DNA from: Faecousia sp.
GTDB lineage: Bacteria > Bacillota > Clostridia > Oscillospirales > Oscillospiraceae
Reading direction: 5' to 3'
NCBI GenBank assembly: GCA_045659525.1
Contig: JAZOXE010000104.1
Span: 1 to 42,158 of the forward strand
DNA: 42,158 bases
The position numbers and the translations under genes are program-made. Shown in pieces: positions 7,572-18,600 of the stretch. A model generated the notes under the pieces. That model was not told the DNA's origin, searched no databases, and saw only the letters and a program-made list of their open reading frames with translations. The first letter of the stretch is position 1. Each line of letters begins with the position of its first letter.

Positions 7572-7900
7572 AAACAAAGTCCGGCCGCGTTTCGCAACGT
7601 GACCGGACAGCAACCAATAGAAAAATGGAACAATTATGAACACTAAACGCGCAAATATACGAAAAAAAAACAGGCCGCATTTCGCAATGGAGCCTGCCTG
7701 CCAGACTAACTATTACCAATGAAAATGAGCAAGAAAAAAAAGAAAAACCTTGCCCCTTCTAACACACATTACAACTTCCGTACAAAGATACGAAAAATCC
7801 CGCCACGCTGTCACAGCGGGACGGGACACGTACTATGATTTCTAAAGAAATATTCGCACAAAGATACAAAAAGCCGGGGAGTTTCACAACGGCCCGGCTC
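7572..7900 (-). ncRNA. Candidate tandem array of three small RNAs
   Basis: Four GYGA-loop hairpins with U tails alternating with three TAnnTTTG boxes. Confidence 0.6.
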
Positions 7901-7920
7901 TGCAAACATTATCAATCAAA

Positions 7921-8523
7921 TTAATCACGCAAATAAATATGCTCTATGCCAAGAATTTCCGTATATGGATTGAGCGACACGGCCTGCACGTTGCGTTCCT
8001 TGATTTTCCTTGTGCGCCACCACAGGAACCTGCCATGCTTGACCGTTTCCGCTATTACCAGCGAATCCCGGACCTGCAACGTGCCGGAAAAATTTTCCAG
8101 CGTGACTATTCCGGTGAAGTCATACCACCTGTCGCCGCAATGGACGGCCACGGCGGGCTGCACGATGCTGTCCCGGACGATAACCACCGTGTCCCGGGGC
8201 CTGCCCTCCAGCCGGATGATTGTTTCCGTCTGCGTCTTGTTCACCGCCGCCAGCGTGTTGCTCCGGCGTGTCAGTTCCTCAATCAGCCGCGCATCCTCCG
8301 CACGGAAACGCTCGTAGTCCTTGACGCTCAGTTCCAGCGACTGCACGCGCACGGCCGAAAGGCTGTCACGCACCTTCCACCGCTCCACATCAGACAGCAG
8401 GCTTTCCGTGTTGTTCCGGTATCTGTCGCGGTCATTACTGACCGCCGCCAAACGGTTACAGAGTGTAACCACCACCGCCACGGCAATGAGCGCCGCCGCT
8501 ATCTCAACCAACAGCCGTTTCAT
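7921..8523 (-). CDS. Membrane-anchored coiled-coil lysis protein (spanin-like)
   Basis: N-terminal TM, coiled coil, RDTVVIVRDS; last gene of lysis cassette. Confidence 0.65.
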   Translation of the reverse strand: MKRLLVEIAAALIAVAVVVTLCNRLAAVSNDRDRYRNNTESLLSDVERWKVRDSLSAVRVQSLELSVKDYERFRAEDARLIEELTRRSNTLAAVNKTQTETIIRLEGRPRDTVVIVRDSIVQPAVAVHCGDRWYDFTGIVTLENFSGTLQVRDSLVIAETVKHGRFLWWRTRKIKERNVQAVSLNPYTEILGIEHIYLRD

Positions 8524-8888
8524 CGTTTCACCCCTCCGAGCCGGTCCGCCCACCTTTCTGTGTAGAACCAGTAATAGGATTTCCGCTTGTTACGCTTGTG
8601 CCAGCAAGCCCACAGGAAAGACGGGATGCCGATGACCAGCAGGTACAGCGGCCCGAGATACAGCGACTGCCGCGTGTGGCCGTATTCATGCGCATACACA
8701 AGCGGCGCGTGGCGCAGGGAATAGCGCACGATGACCGTGCTGCCCAGCGATATGCCGCCGCCCGGGAAATTCGGGCAGTAGCGGAACAGCCGGCCCCGGT
8801 ACTCAACCAACCGCCCACGGAACAGCAGGCGGAGGACAAGCCCCGCGATGTTCTGCGGGGCCTGCCACAGCCATAGAATCAGTGCCAT
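8520..8888 (-). CDS. Membrane protein with HExxH zinc-metallopeptidase motif
   Basis: HEYGH, LGPLYLLVIG, TERWAD. Confidence 0.7.
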   Translation of the reverse strand: MALILWLWQAPQNIAGLVLRLLFRGRLVEYRGRLFRYCPNFPGGGISLGSTVIVRYSLRHAPLVYAHEYGHTRQSLYLGPLYLLVIGIPSFLWACWHKRNKRKSYYWFYTERWADRLGGVKR

Positions 8889-8892
8889 ATTA

Positions 8893-10263
8893 CTAGCCGT
8901 TCCACCACGTCATTGCGGTATCCTTTTGACTGAAAGTGCTGTTCACGTAGTCGATATGAACGACCGTCGTTCCATCAGCCGTAGCGTAGAGGATGGAATA
9001 CTCGTTCAACAGTTTTCTTGCATACAGGACACTCAGAACTTCATTTCCTTGACTGCCAACCACTATGCTTTTCACCGTGCCAGCGAGCACTTTCTGAGCC
9101 AGTTCCTCTGTCCAGCCATAGCGTACAAGGGATTCGAAATCATCGGCATAGTCCGGCATATAACTTACGCGCATCACGTCGCCACCGCCGCCCTGCGGCA
9201 CGCTGAAATAATTGTCATTTATGCGCATGTTTTCCAGCGGTGTCGGGCTTGTGCCCTGCGGCACCTCCGGGTTGCCTTCGACCTCATCGCCCATCTCCGG
9301 CAGGAACTTCTCGGGCACCTTACTGATGACCGTTTCGGATGCCTTGTAGACGAGTTGCTGGTGATACACCTCGGTATCTGCTGACGCGAAGATACCAGCG
9401 GGGAGTCCTCCATATCCATCCATCAATACGACTTTGAAGTAGGATATTTCCCAGCCTTCCGATTCCGATACCTGTCTTATCCAATAGGCTTCGTTTTCGG
9501 TTCCCCATTCTAGCGTCAGTTCAGAAACAGGAATATCGTGAGCAGCACCGTCAAAATTGAGAATTACTCCGACAATATCCTCCATTGCAGGCGCATCCGA
9601 GGACACCTTCCTATGGTCAACCGCCGGATTGCCGGAATATACCTCTGTTGTCTTTTCTACGATTCCAGTTTCTTCGTAGTACAGACCAAGCCCCTTGCGC
9701 ATCTGCATCTTTCCTTCTTCCGTGTCCGGGATGATATACTCATCGGGGATGCCCTGTTTATCCGGGATGACCTCCTGCCATTTCAGCCCTTTGTAGGTTG
9801 TCGCAGCAGTCGTGCCGATGTAGATGCCGGGAGTTCTTCCATCCGCCTCTTTGAAATAAATTATGAATTGCGTGTTGATGCCGCCGGTCAGAATCATATA
9901 CCCGACTGTCGCATCCGGTGACATGTCAGCAACGTCAAAATCCGTCAGCGGCAGCAGTTCCCCGGCTAAGTTCTCCACACCGATTAGCTCATCCTTTGCG
10001 GGAGTTTCGTCCGATATCTTGGCAAAGTAATTGACAAAATCTTGGTCGGTGTATTCCGCGACCTTTTCCTCAGTCTTGGTCAAATCATAATACAGCCCGA
10101 GGTCCTTGCGCATCTGCATCTGTTCCGATTCCTCCATGTCTTCCGACACGCTGTTCTCGTTCAGCCCGCCGAGAATCTCCGGCAATGCGCCGCCGATGTC
10201 GATGGCCGAGCCCTGTCCCTTGATTTTGCCGTCTATCAATGCGGCAATGTCCTGTTTTTTCAT
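8893..10263 (-). CDS. Acidic modular protein, probable virion surface or receptor-binding protein
   Basis: Start MKKQDIAALIDGKIKGQG; two internal modules opening with MQMRKxLGLYY. Confidence 0.6.
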   Translation of the reverse strand: MKKQDIAALIDGKIKGQGSAIDIGGALPEILGGLNENSVSEDMEESEQMQMRKDLGLYYDLTKTEEKVAEYTDQDFVNYFAKISDETPAKDELIGVENLAGELLPLTDFDVADMSPDATVGYMILTGGINTQFIIYFKEADGRTPGIYIGTTAATTYKGLKWQEVIPDKQGIPDEYIIPDTEEGKMQMRKGLGLYYEETGIVEKTTEVYSGNPAVDHRKVSSDAPAMEDIVGVILNFDGAAHDIPVSELTLEWGTENEAYWIRQVSESEGWEISYFKVVLMDGYGGLPAGIFASADTEVYHQQLVYKASETVISKVPEKFLPEMGDEVEGNPEVPQGTSPTPLENMRINDNYFSVPQGGGGDVMRVSYMPDYADDFESLVRYGWTEELAQKVLAGTVKSIVVGSQGNEVLSVLYARKLLNEYSILYATADGTTVVHIDYVNSTFSQKDTAMTWWNG

Positions 10264-10313
10264 GTCTTTAAAACGTTTTAAAAGATTAATAATTATAAAG
10301 TTACCCTTGCTTA

Positions 10314-10682
10314 CTACTGATAATAATGCCAAATGACGTTCTGCGGCAAGGCCGTGTCATCGTCCAAATGGACGTATGTCTTGCCGATGCCTATTCTGTT
10401 GAATCCAGCGGCCAAAGCCGCCCGTACAATCTTCATCCTGTTCTGACTGGTATTGCAGCGTATGTCCACCGCCCGCCCGAGCGTATGCGCCCCGGTGCCC
10501 GTCCTGCCCTTCGATTTCTCCCACGCCACCGACCGGTAGGCGCTGTTCAGCACGAACGGGATGCCCGCAATCTCGCGGGCTTTGTCCAGCCGGTTCATCG
10601 TGCCCTGCTTCATGTTCTGCAAGGAACAAGCCGGAACACACGCCCGGAACTCGCTTTCGTTAAAGTGTCTCGCCGTTATCAT
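10314..10682 (-). CDS. Endolysin, peptidase M15 family
   Basis: SAYRS, H..GRAVDI, YVHLD motifs; follows holin. Confidence 0.9.
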   Translation of the reverse strand: MITARHFNESEFRACVPACSLQNMKQGTMNRLDKAREIAGIPFVLNSAYRSVAWEKSKGRTGTGAHTLGRAVDIRCNTSQNRMKIVRAALAAGFNRIGIGKTYVHLDDDTALPQNVIWHYYQ

Positions 10683-11124
10683 GGTCGTCTGTATTAGTCA
10701 TCCCAATGGTATCTTCCACCTTGAATTTCATGTATCTGCGCAGCCAAAGGAACACCGGGTGTTCCGATATGACCGCCGCGTTCTCGAGAAAACTCCAAAA
10801 CTCCACCCCGCAGCAGAACGCCGTGAAGTAGTTAGCGAATCTCAAACGCCCATCCTCAGCAATCGTATGGTCTAACATCTCTGCCAGAATGATACCAACG
10901 AGAATGAAGAAAATCTTATATATCGTTCGCCACGCCTTGACAGATTCAAAAGCAAATCTTTTCCGGGCACGTCTTGATACCACATGCGACTTGATTACGC
11001 CGGTCACAAAATCCACCCCCTCAAAGACCATTACCGACAGAAAAAGCGGCAAAAGATTGTCCACGAAAATAGACAGACTTCCGGCCAAAAGACCGCATAT
11101 AACCTTCGATGGATACATATTCAT
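10660..11124 (-). CDS. Holin
   Basis: TM segments, DFVTGVIKS, EFWSFLEN motifs. Confidence 0.85.
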   Translation of the reverse strand: MNMYPSKVICGLLAGSLSIFVDNLLPLFLSVMVFEGVDFVTGVIKSHVVSRRARKRFAFESVKAWRTIYKIFFILVGIILAEMLDHTIAEDGRLRFANYFTAFCCGVEFWSFLENAAVISEHPVFLWLRRYMKFKVEDTIGMTNTDDHDNGETL

Positions 11125-12707
11125 TACGCAGACAGAATTTCATGATTGACGTAATACATTGCATACGGGCTGTCAGAATACAATCTGACAAACGAAAGTT
11201 TTACCAGTTCATTCGCTGACATAGTGAAGTTAGACGGAACATCCCCGCCGGAATAATATGCTGCCGCCGGAATGTCCGTGTCTGTCTGGCTGTTGTAGCG
11301 CGTTTTCAACGTTATGCCGTTACCGCTCCCGTTGAATATATACATGTCGAAATGAATGAAACCCGCCGGTACAGCCGTAAAATCCATGTCCAAAGTCAAG
11401 ACATTATTCGGTGCCGGACTTTGCAGTTCAACAAACAATGTATCATTGTCCCCGACTGCACAATCAGCCACAGCCGCCACCAATGATTCATTTGTTATCC
11501 CACATTGTCCGGCTCTGTTGTTTACTGCCGACTGACTTCCTGCAATAGTGGCCACATATACCCATCTGGCCGTTGTAGCATTTCCTGCCGTGGTACAGCG
11601 ATAATAATTGCCCGTGTTCTGATTAAGATACAGGTCGCCAACGATGCTGTCGCTGATGCCAGTCGGATATGCCGCCGGTGTCGTAGATGTGCCGTTTATT
11701 GCTGTTCCAACAGTCCATCTTGTTCCCCTGTCACCTGTCGGCCCTGCCGGGCCCTGCGGACCTGTTGCCCCTGTCGCGCCATTCGGACCCTGTACGCCCT
11801 GCGCGCCCTTGATGTTACCCAGATACGCCCATGTCGTAGTCAGACCATCTGCCGACACTGCCGTGCATTGATATACGTTCCAGTTCGATGAATTGATATA
11901 TATATCATCAACCTTGTACGGCGGCGAAATGAGATAATTGCTCATCTGATTGGCCGCGCTGGACAATGTCGTTCCGGTGTATATCCTTCCGCCCATAGCA
12001 TTGAACCATTCCAGCAACACATAGACCTGCGATGGCGAAGATTGGTAATACCAGAGTAAATCGCCATCCGCCGATTTCTCCATTACAATAGGTTCACCGG
12101 CACCCGCCGGGCCTGCCGGTCCCTGCGGTCCTACCAGTTCTGCAAGAGCAATCAAATTCGTCCAAGAGCCGGACGTGCCCACCCTCCATTGGATGTATCC
12201 GCCAGACCTTCGTAACGATATGTTCTCCCCTCGCGGGATGGTAAAATTAAGGATTGCGGCCGATGATGTCCCGCTATTATTGACCTCTGCATTCGTCCCC
12301 GGGTTGCCCGTTGTAGTACTGCCTACTGTTATCGTAGCCGCCGGACCTTGCGGCCCTGCCGGACCTTGCGGCCCCTGCGGGCCTTCCGGACCCTGTGCCC
12401 CGGTGCCGCCTGCGACATATTCCAGATGCCATGTGCCGTTGTACATTAAGAACCCAATGACACCTTCCGGAACAGTCAATCCCCCGAAATGCGTATATGT
12501 CCCTGTCGTACCGACAAAAAAAACATTCTGGTCGGGCGTACCCGGATTCATGTTTGCCGATGCCACGCCCTTGAACAGATATCCAGACGCTATGGCTTCA
12601 ACAAACGTGACCATAACGGATTGCAGATTGTTACCCGTTATCTCATTGTTTCCGTTTTCCTTAACCACCGCACGGATGGCGGCTTTCAGACTTGCATAGT
12701 TAGACAT
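11124..12707 (-). CDS. Tail fibre with collagen-like repeats
   Basis: G-X-Y runs; N-terminal NGNNEITG; two GDxYxN-type modules. Confidence 0.8.
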   Translation of the reverse strand: MSNYASLKAAIRAVVKENGNNEITGNNLQSVMVTFVEAIASGYLFKGVASANMNPGTPDQNVFFVGTTGTYTHFGGLTVPEGVIGFLMYNGTWHLEYVAGGTGAQGPEGPQGPQGPAGPQGPAATITVGSTTTGNPGTNAEVNNSGTSSAAILNFTIPRGENISLRRSGGYIQWRVGTSGSWTNLIALAELVGPQGPAGPAGAGEPIVMEKSADGDLLWYYQSSPSQVYVLLEWFNAMGGRIYTGTTLSSAANQMSNYLISPPYKVDDIYINSSNWNVYQCTAVSADGLTTTWAYLGNIKGAQGVQGPNGATGATGPQGPAGPTGDRGTRWTVGTAINGTSTTPAAYPTGISDSIVGDLYLNQNTGNYYRCTTAGNATTARWVYVATIAGSQSAVNNRAGQCGITNESLVAAVADCAVGDNDTLFVELQSPAPNNVLTLDMDFTAVPAGFIHFDMYIFNGSGNGITLKTRYNSQTDTDIPAAAYYSGGDVPSNFTMSANELVKLSFVRLYSDSPYAMYYVNHEILSA

Positions 12708-13560
12708 TGTTATAGTCGCTGTTGAAATCATCGTTGTAATCCCCTCGCAACGACCTTATGTAACCAACTCCGATTTTCTTCGCCACCGTAGCCGTGTCGA
12801 ATGTTGCTTCCACGGCTGCGACATCTCCATTCGATTCCCATTCCGGCGTTATCAGAAACGTATCAAGGCTGTATCGCTGCCCGTGATATTCTATTTCTGC
12901 AAAATCAGCCATCCGGATGAAACGCATGACATCCAACAGATATTCCGAAGCAAGGAACGTGAACCGGTATCTTTTTTCTGATATCTGCTTTGACGGGAAG
13001 AAATAGCCATCCCGTGTTTCGCCTTCCTCTTCAAAGATGTATTCCGGCTTCGCGATGTCAGATTGCAGATACAAGACATTCCGGAATTCCGGGTTTTTAT
13101 ACACAATCGTGCCGGCATCCATGACGAAATCATCCAAATCCCACCATGACAATTTCAGATAGCCATCAATGTCGTTTACAACCGTAAACACCTCCGAATA
13201 ATATGTTATCCCATTGACAACCATCCGAAGATAGTAACGTCCGTTTTCCATAGCGTTGAACGCTGCCAGCATACCCGGATATACAACCACGTCATAATCT
13301 CCGAAGGACTTTACCGTAAGGCCGGTATTAATGAGATTCTGTGTTATATTGCCGATTGTACCATCCGTATTGGCATCCACTATCAGCACCTGCGAAACAG
13401 CCGTGTTCGCCGCTGCCGGTACCATCAACTGAAACGGCAATATAAAGCCGCCCGGCGTGAACAGCGGATATACGCGGCCATAAATCCACCATCTGCGCGC
13501 ATTCTGTTCGCCCAGAGAGCCGTAAAACGGCAATACAGATAGATTGTTATTCGGTATCAT
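12700..13560 (-). CDS. Tail structural protein
   Basis: Position in tail module; C-terminal DYNDDFNSDY. Confidence 0.6.
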   Translation of the reverse strand: MIPNNNLSVLPFYGSLGEQNARRWWIYGRVYPLFTPGGFILPFQLMVPAAANTAVSQVLIVDANTDGTIGNITQNLINTGLTVKSFGDYDVVVYPGMLAAFNAMENGRYYLRMVVNGITYYSEVFTVVNDIDGYLKLSWWDLDDFVMDAGTIVYKNPEFRNVLYLQSDIAKPEYIFEEEGETRDGYFFPSKQISEKRYRFTFLASEYLLDVMRFIRMADFAEIEYHGQRYSLDTFLITPEWESNGDVAAVEATFDTATVAKKIGVGYIRSLRGDYNDDFNSDYNNV

Positions 13561-15691
13561 AACACAACGTAGCGTTAGCGTTTCGACTTGACAAATTTAA
13601 CGACAATTTTTCAAAAACCCCGTATCCCAAACCCGTTTTAATTGTCTGTAACATGTTCGGGTCGGACAATGCCGGAAACCGTATCTGTTGCCGCTTCAAT
13701 CTCTTTACCCCGATGGCCGTTTTCGTAACTCCATATATCGCATAGGATGATGCGGGCATGTCATATGCGTAATAATCCTGCAACTTGCAGAAAGCCACAT
13801 ACGCATTCTGTAACAGGTTTGAACCGGAACCGACAATATAAGTCGCATATGGCAGTTCATACTGCCCGTTGTTCAGCACTGCACCCAGCAACACGAAACC
13901 ATCTGCCGATATATCACTTGGATTAAGCAGGATGTAATCTATATCTGCCGAAAACTGCGAAATATTTATCTGTTCGATGTTTTCCGCGTTTACATATCTG
14001 GAAAGGATGTCAATAGGATATCCATCGAACAGCCGTGTTTCATTATCCATCCACCGGAATTCGTACCTTGCAGCCATCTCCGGTTTGTCATATTCATACT
14101 GATTCCTCGCAAAAGCCCATTTCTTGCCGCTCCTTGTGACTTCCTGCACCGTCAAATCAGCCCATACGCCGGGACTTGTGGAATAGGAACCGCCATTGCG
14201 GAAATATTCGATGTGCTCAACACGGAACCGGTTCTGTTCGTCAATGAACCAATAGCACCGGAAGCAATCCCGCAACATATCCAGAACCGATTTCAATGTC
14301 AGCATTGCTTTCTGTGCCGGCTGGTCATAGCCGGATGAAATGATGTTGCTTTTCGGCGTTATCAGCAACGTCTGTGTTATGCCGATAAGATTTTCCCCGT
14401 ACAGAAACTGCGAATAATCCGTTGTGGCTGCATGTGTCACCCCCGGCGCAATCTCCCCAAGCAATACGGATATCACAGACGAAACAGGATAGGCATGGCG
14501 AATCGTGAAAGCCGCCCTTGCAGACTGTTCCAGATTCGTATCGTACCGCTCCCCGTCAAACCAGAGCGACCAACTGCCCCACATGGAACGCGCTAACGGC
14601 TTCCATACATCTGCCGTATCATCCGGCGGCAGGTAATACTGTCCCGGCTGATACAATCCCCATTCTGTCGCCGATGCCGACATCCGTGTTGATATCACAA
14701 TCGCAGGCGGGTCATTGTATGGTACGACTTTATGATAGTTCCTGTTGTTCGGGACGATATCATCTGCCGGAAGGTCATATGTCGTTACTCCCTGTATCTC
14801 CGTGTCCAAAACCATTCTTGCATATACGGGCGTTTCTGTGAATGTACAGACAGCACTGCCGGATGCAGAACCGACAGCCGACAATGTCAGTTGCGAAGGA
14901 ACGTTCGGATAAGCGGGATAATCCTGCCCTGTCGCGCCCGCTTGAAACAAGACGGTATCATCGCTGTCACGTACAATCTCCCATCGCTGATACACATACC
15001 GCGAAACAAAGTCTATCGTGTAGCGCAGCGAATATCCGTTGCCGCCCTTCAAGACATAGCCATACGTATCATCGTTGAGAGCCTGCCCGACATATACCCC
15101 CCGGACATTGGGATTCATCGTGCCCGTAACCTCCATTGACACGCAAGAGCCGTTTTTGTAGAAATAGAAAGTATTACGCAATGTCGCTTCACTGCTTTCC
15201 GCTTCACATTCCTGTTCCCACCACATCCCGGCCAGATAACATCCTATGACAGTGTCGCCCGGAACATAAACCTGTATCATCGGCCTTTTGTCAGCCTTTA
15301 CAGGCACTATATCCGGCGCAAGGTCTATGATGTTATATTCCTTTTCCAGACCGGACATGACAGCCGTATATCTGTCCGCTACGGCCGGACGTACAGATAC
15401 CGTCTGCGCATCTTCGTCAAACTCGCAATCCGTCTTCCAGAACTCACCCTGCCAGTATGAAGCCCATGATGCCCCGCCTGTGTAGGATATGAAAATTTCC
15501 ACTTCGAATTTCGTGTCAAAGGTCTGGCCTGCTATGTACGTATAGTCATTCCGTTCAAACAAGAGTTTTCCGGACAGTTTCTCCCGGAAGAACTGTTGCC
15601 CCTGTTCTTTCTCAAACTCTTTCGAAAGGTCATCCTTGTAAATCGGATAAGCCCTGTTTCCGTCCAGTTCGAATTTGTATATCGGATACAT
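13547..15691 (-). CDS. Tail tip/hub protein
   Basis: 714 aa, directly after the tape measure gene. Confidence 0.65.
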   Translation of the reverse strand: MYPIYKFELDGNRAYPIYKDDLSKEFEKEQGQQFFREKLSGKLLFERNDYTYIAGQTFDTKFEVEIFISYTGGASWASYWQGEFWKTDCEFDEDAQTVSVRPAVADRYTAVMSGLEKEYNIIDLAPDIVPVKADKRPMIQVYVPGDTVIGCYLAGMWWEQECEAESSEATLRNTFYFYKNGSCVSMEVTGTMNPNVRGVYVGQALNDDTYGYVLKGGNGYSLRYTIDFVSRYVYQRWEIVRDSDDTVLFQAGATGQDYPAYPNVPSQLTLSAVGSASGSAVCTFTETPVYARMVLDTEIQGVTTYDLPADDIVPNNRNYHKVVPYNDPPAIVISTRMSASATEWGLYQPGQYYLPPDDTADVWKPLARSMWGSWSLWFDGERYDTNLEQSARAAFTIRHAYPVSSVISVLLGEIAPGVTHAATTDYSQFLYGENLIGITQTLLITPKSNIISSGYDQPAQKAMLTLKSVLDMLRDCFRCYWFIDEQNRFRVEHIEYFRNGGSYSTSPGVWADLTVQEVTRSGKKWAFARNQYEYDKPEMAARYEFRWMDNETRLFDGYPIDILSRYVNAENIEQINISQFSADIDYILLNPSDISADGFVLLGAVLNNGQYELPYATYIVGSGSNLLQNAYVAFCKLQDYYAYDMPASSYAIYGVTKTAIGVKRLKRQQIRFPALSDPNMLQTIKTGLGYGVFEKLSLNLSSRNANATLCYDTE

Positions 15692-15692
15692 C

Positions 15693-18600
15693 CTAATTTC
15701 TTATTTTACGGGTTAAGTTCCTGTAACGGATAATGATGTTTCCGTTCGCGTCCACATATTGCCGCTCATTGCCCTGTTCGCGGATTGCCGCAACATCTTT
15801 TTCCAATGACGTTATATCCGTGCCAATCATCTGCACAGCATAACCGGCCATTGATTCGCTCGCCCTCTGGTAACGCTCTGCAAACGTCCCGTCATTAAGG
15901 CTGTTGATAACGTCCGGAATAATCTTCCTGTACTTCCTTGAATTTCGTCTGTTGATAACGGCAAAGAACTCCCCGCCTTCCGCCCTGCGGCGCGTACCGT
16001 CCTTCTTTGTCCCCAAATCAATGTCATTGCCGCTTGCATGGCTCCCGCCCTCCAACAGTTCAACCGTTCCTTCGCCATATTGTTCTGACTGTTTAGACAC
16101 CTGTACCGCCTTTATCTTCGCTGCCGCAAATGATGCCCACATCAAGACCAATGCAGCCGCCGCCAGAGCCGGGCCGACAATAGGGATGCCGGACAGCGAT
16201 GCCCAGATGTTTGCCGATGCCGTCACAAGGCTGGATGCCTGTGTAACGGAATCCAATGCCAGTTGCGCTTTCTGTGCCTTCTGTTTTTCCTTCAACGCCT
16301 GCTCTTGATTCCTCTTCGCAAGTGCCAGTTCCTTCTGTGCCGTTGCCACCTCATTCGCATAACCGGCGTTTCTTGCTTCTATCTCTGCATCCAGTGCTTT
16401 CTGTGCCGCTTCCACCTGTGAATTAGCCGCATTTACAGCCGCTTCGGCTGCATCATTCCACGAATCAACAAGCGAAGAAATGAAATCCTTGACGGAATCA
16501 ATGGCCGTTGTCAGCGCATCCTGTTGGTCGCTGGAAATGTTCAATCCCATGACTTCCCATATGTTGGAATAGCCGGTACGTCCAATCTCCTTTTCGATGC
16601 CTTCGATGGTCTTTTTTATGGCGTTGATTTCATCATCCGTCATTTTCTCTGTTGCGGTTTCATTCAATTTCAGCACCGCTTCCAGACGGGCTTTTTCCTG
16701 TTCCAGACGGAATATCGTTTTCTGTCTTTCATTCCTGTCTAACAGATTGAATTCCGCTGCCGCCAAATCCTGTGCCGCCGCCAAATCACGCTGCGCAAGT
16801 TTCGTGGAGAAATTTGCATTCTCTTTCAACACCATCGCATCATATTTGGCATTGATAGCCGTTTCTGACTGCCGCAATTCTTCCGTTTTCTGCTTGTTCT
16901 GTTCAATCTCTATCTGTCGCTGTTTTTCGATGTTCGCCAATCTCAACTGCAACATCTCTTCCGTGCCGTTTTCCGTTATGGCGATTTCCAACTGTATCGC
17001 TTGCTGTTCTGCCTGTAAACGCTGCACGGTAAGTTTCGCCACCTCATCATTGAATTTCTTTTCTTCATCCAGCAACGCCCTGTCATATTTGGCATTTATG
17101 GCGGCTTCATCCTGCCTTTCCGATGTAACTTTCTGCCGGTTTTCTTCAAGTTCCACTTGCCTTTCGGCATTTATCTTATCCTGCCTTAATTGCAACATCT
17201 TTTCCGTCCCTGCTTCCGTAACGGCAATTTCCAGATTGATGGATTCGACTACCGCTTTCCTGTCTGCCAGACGCTGTTTCTTCGCCGCTTCAATGGCTTT
17301 TTTCTGTTCCTTCGTAAGTTCTTCATTCTTCCGCTTCGCATCCTCATTGGCCTGTTCCGCCGCCCTTGCCGCCTGTGCTTCCGCTTCCGCCGCATCATTC
17401 TCTATCTGCGTCAATACCACATTAGCCGCCTGTTGAGCCGCTTTAAGCAACATTTCCGTATTTTTTACGGCTTTCTGTGCCGGACCTATACCGAGCCATC
17501 TGTTTAAAACGGCATCCTGTTTTTGCGCTTTTTCAGCCTTCTTTCCTTCCGCTTCAAGCATCTTGACGTATTCATCCATATACGCCTTCGCCGCTTCAGC
17601 ACCATTCTTCGCATAATATTCTTGGAATTTCTGCGAATATTCATTGGCCGATTCCGAAACGAACGTTTCAACCGGGAACAAAAGCATCTGTATCTCGCCG
17701 ACCAACTTCGTAAGCCAGTCAATCGTATCTTTTATCGTGCCGTTGCTCTGTTGGAATGCCAATGTAAGCCCTTCCCATGCCGATTTCAAAAGTTTCGTGG
17801 AGCCTTCCACCGTGTTCAACCGTTCCTCTTCAATCCTCTGCAACTCGCCAGATACATTTTCCAACTCGCCGCGCAACTGCCTTGCCGATTCCGCACCGGA
17901 TAACAGAGCCGAAAATGCCGCGACACTTCTTTTGTCTGTCAGTTCCAACGCTTCATTCAAGTCAATGCCGGACTTGCGCAACTGTATCATCCCGTCAATG
18001 ATATCGTCAAATGACTTGACCGGGCCACCGAGCGACTTTGCCAGTTTGCCGTTTGCATCGGCCATCTTCAACAGGATATTCCGAGTTGCCGTGGCTGCAC
18101 TGGATGCGTCAAAGCCTGCATTTGCCAATGCACCCAGCAATGAAACGGTATCCTTCAGCGATATCCCGAAAGCCTGTGCCACCGGGAACACCGTGCCCAT
18201 TGATGTCTGGATTCTGGAAAAACTCAATGCAGATTTGTTTGTCGCTACCGCCAATGTTGCAAGCGCATCTTCCGTGTCGGCACTCGTAAGGTTGAACGCC
18301 CGTAATGTTGAACCGGCCACCGCCGCCGCTTCCGCAAGGTCAGCCCCGACAGCCGTGGCAAACTGCAAGACGGATTTCTGCATCGCGATGATGGAACCAC
18401 GCCCGAAGCCAAGTTTAGCCAGTTCCGTCTGCAACTTTGTCACCTCGCTTGCCGTGTATTCCGTTGTCCTTCCAAGCATCAGCGCGGAATCCGTCAATGA
18501 CTTCATTTCATCCCTCGTTACTCCAAGTATCGTGGACAGATTCGCATTCGCCTGTTCAAACTCGCGCAATGTCCTTGCAGAGCCTGTCAGACTTCGCACA

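Noticed and set aside
7431-7900. CRISPR or TIGR-type array
   Set aside because: Repeats are either spacerless or conserved in structure rather than sequence; unit lengths are irregular; no Cas or Nop-domain gene recognised
11124-12707. Diversity-generating retroelement or invertase-shuffled tail fibre
   Set aside because: No reverse transcriptase, TR/VR pair, invertase or inverted cassettes seen
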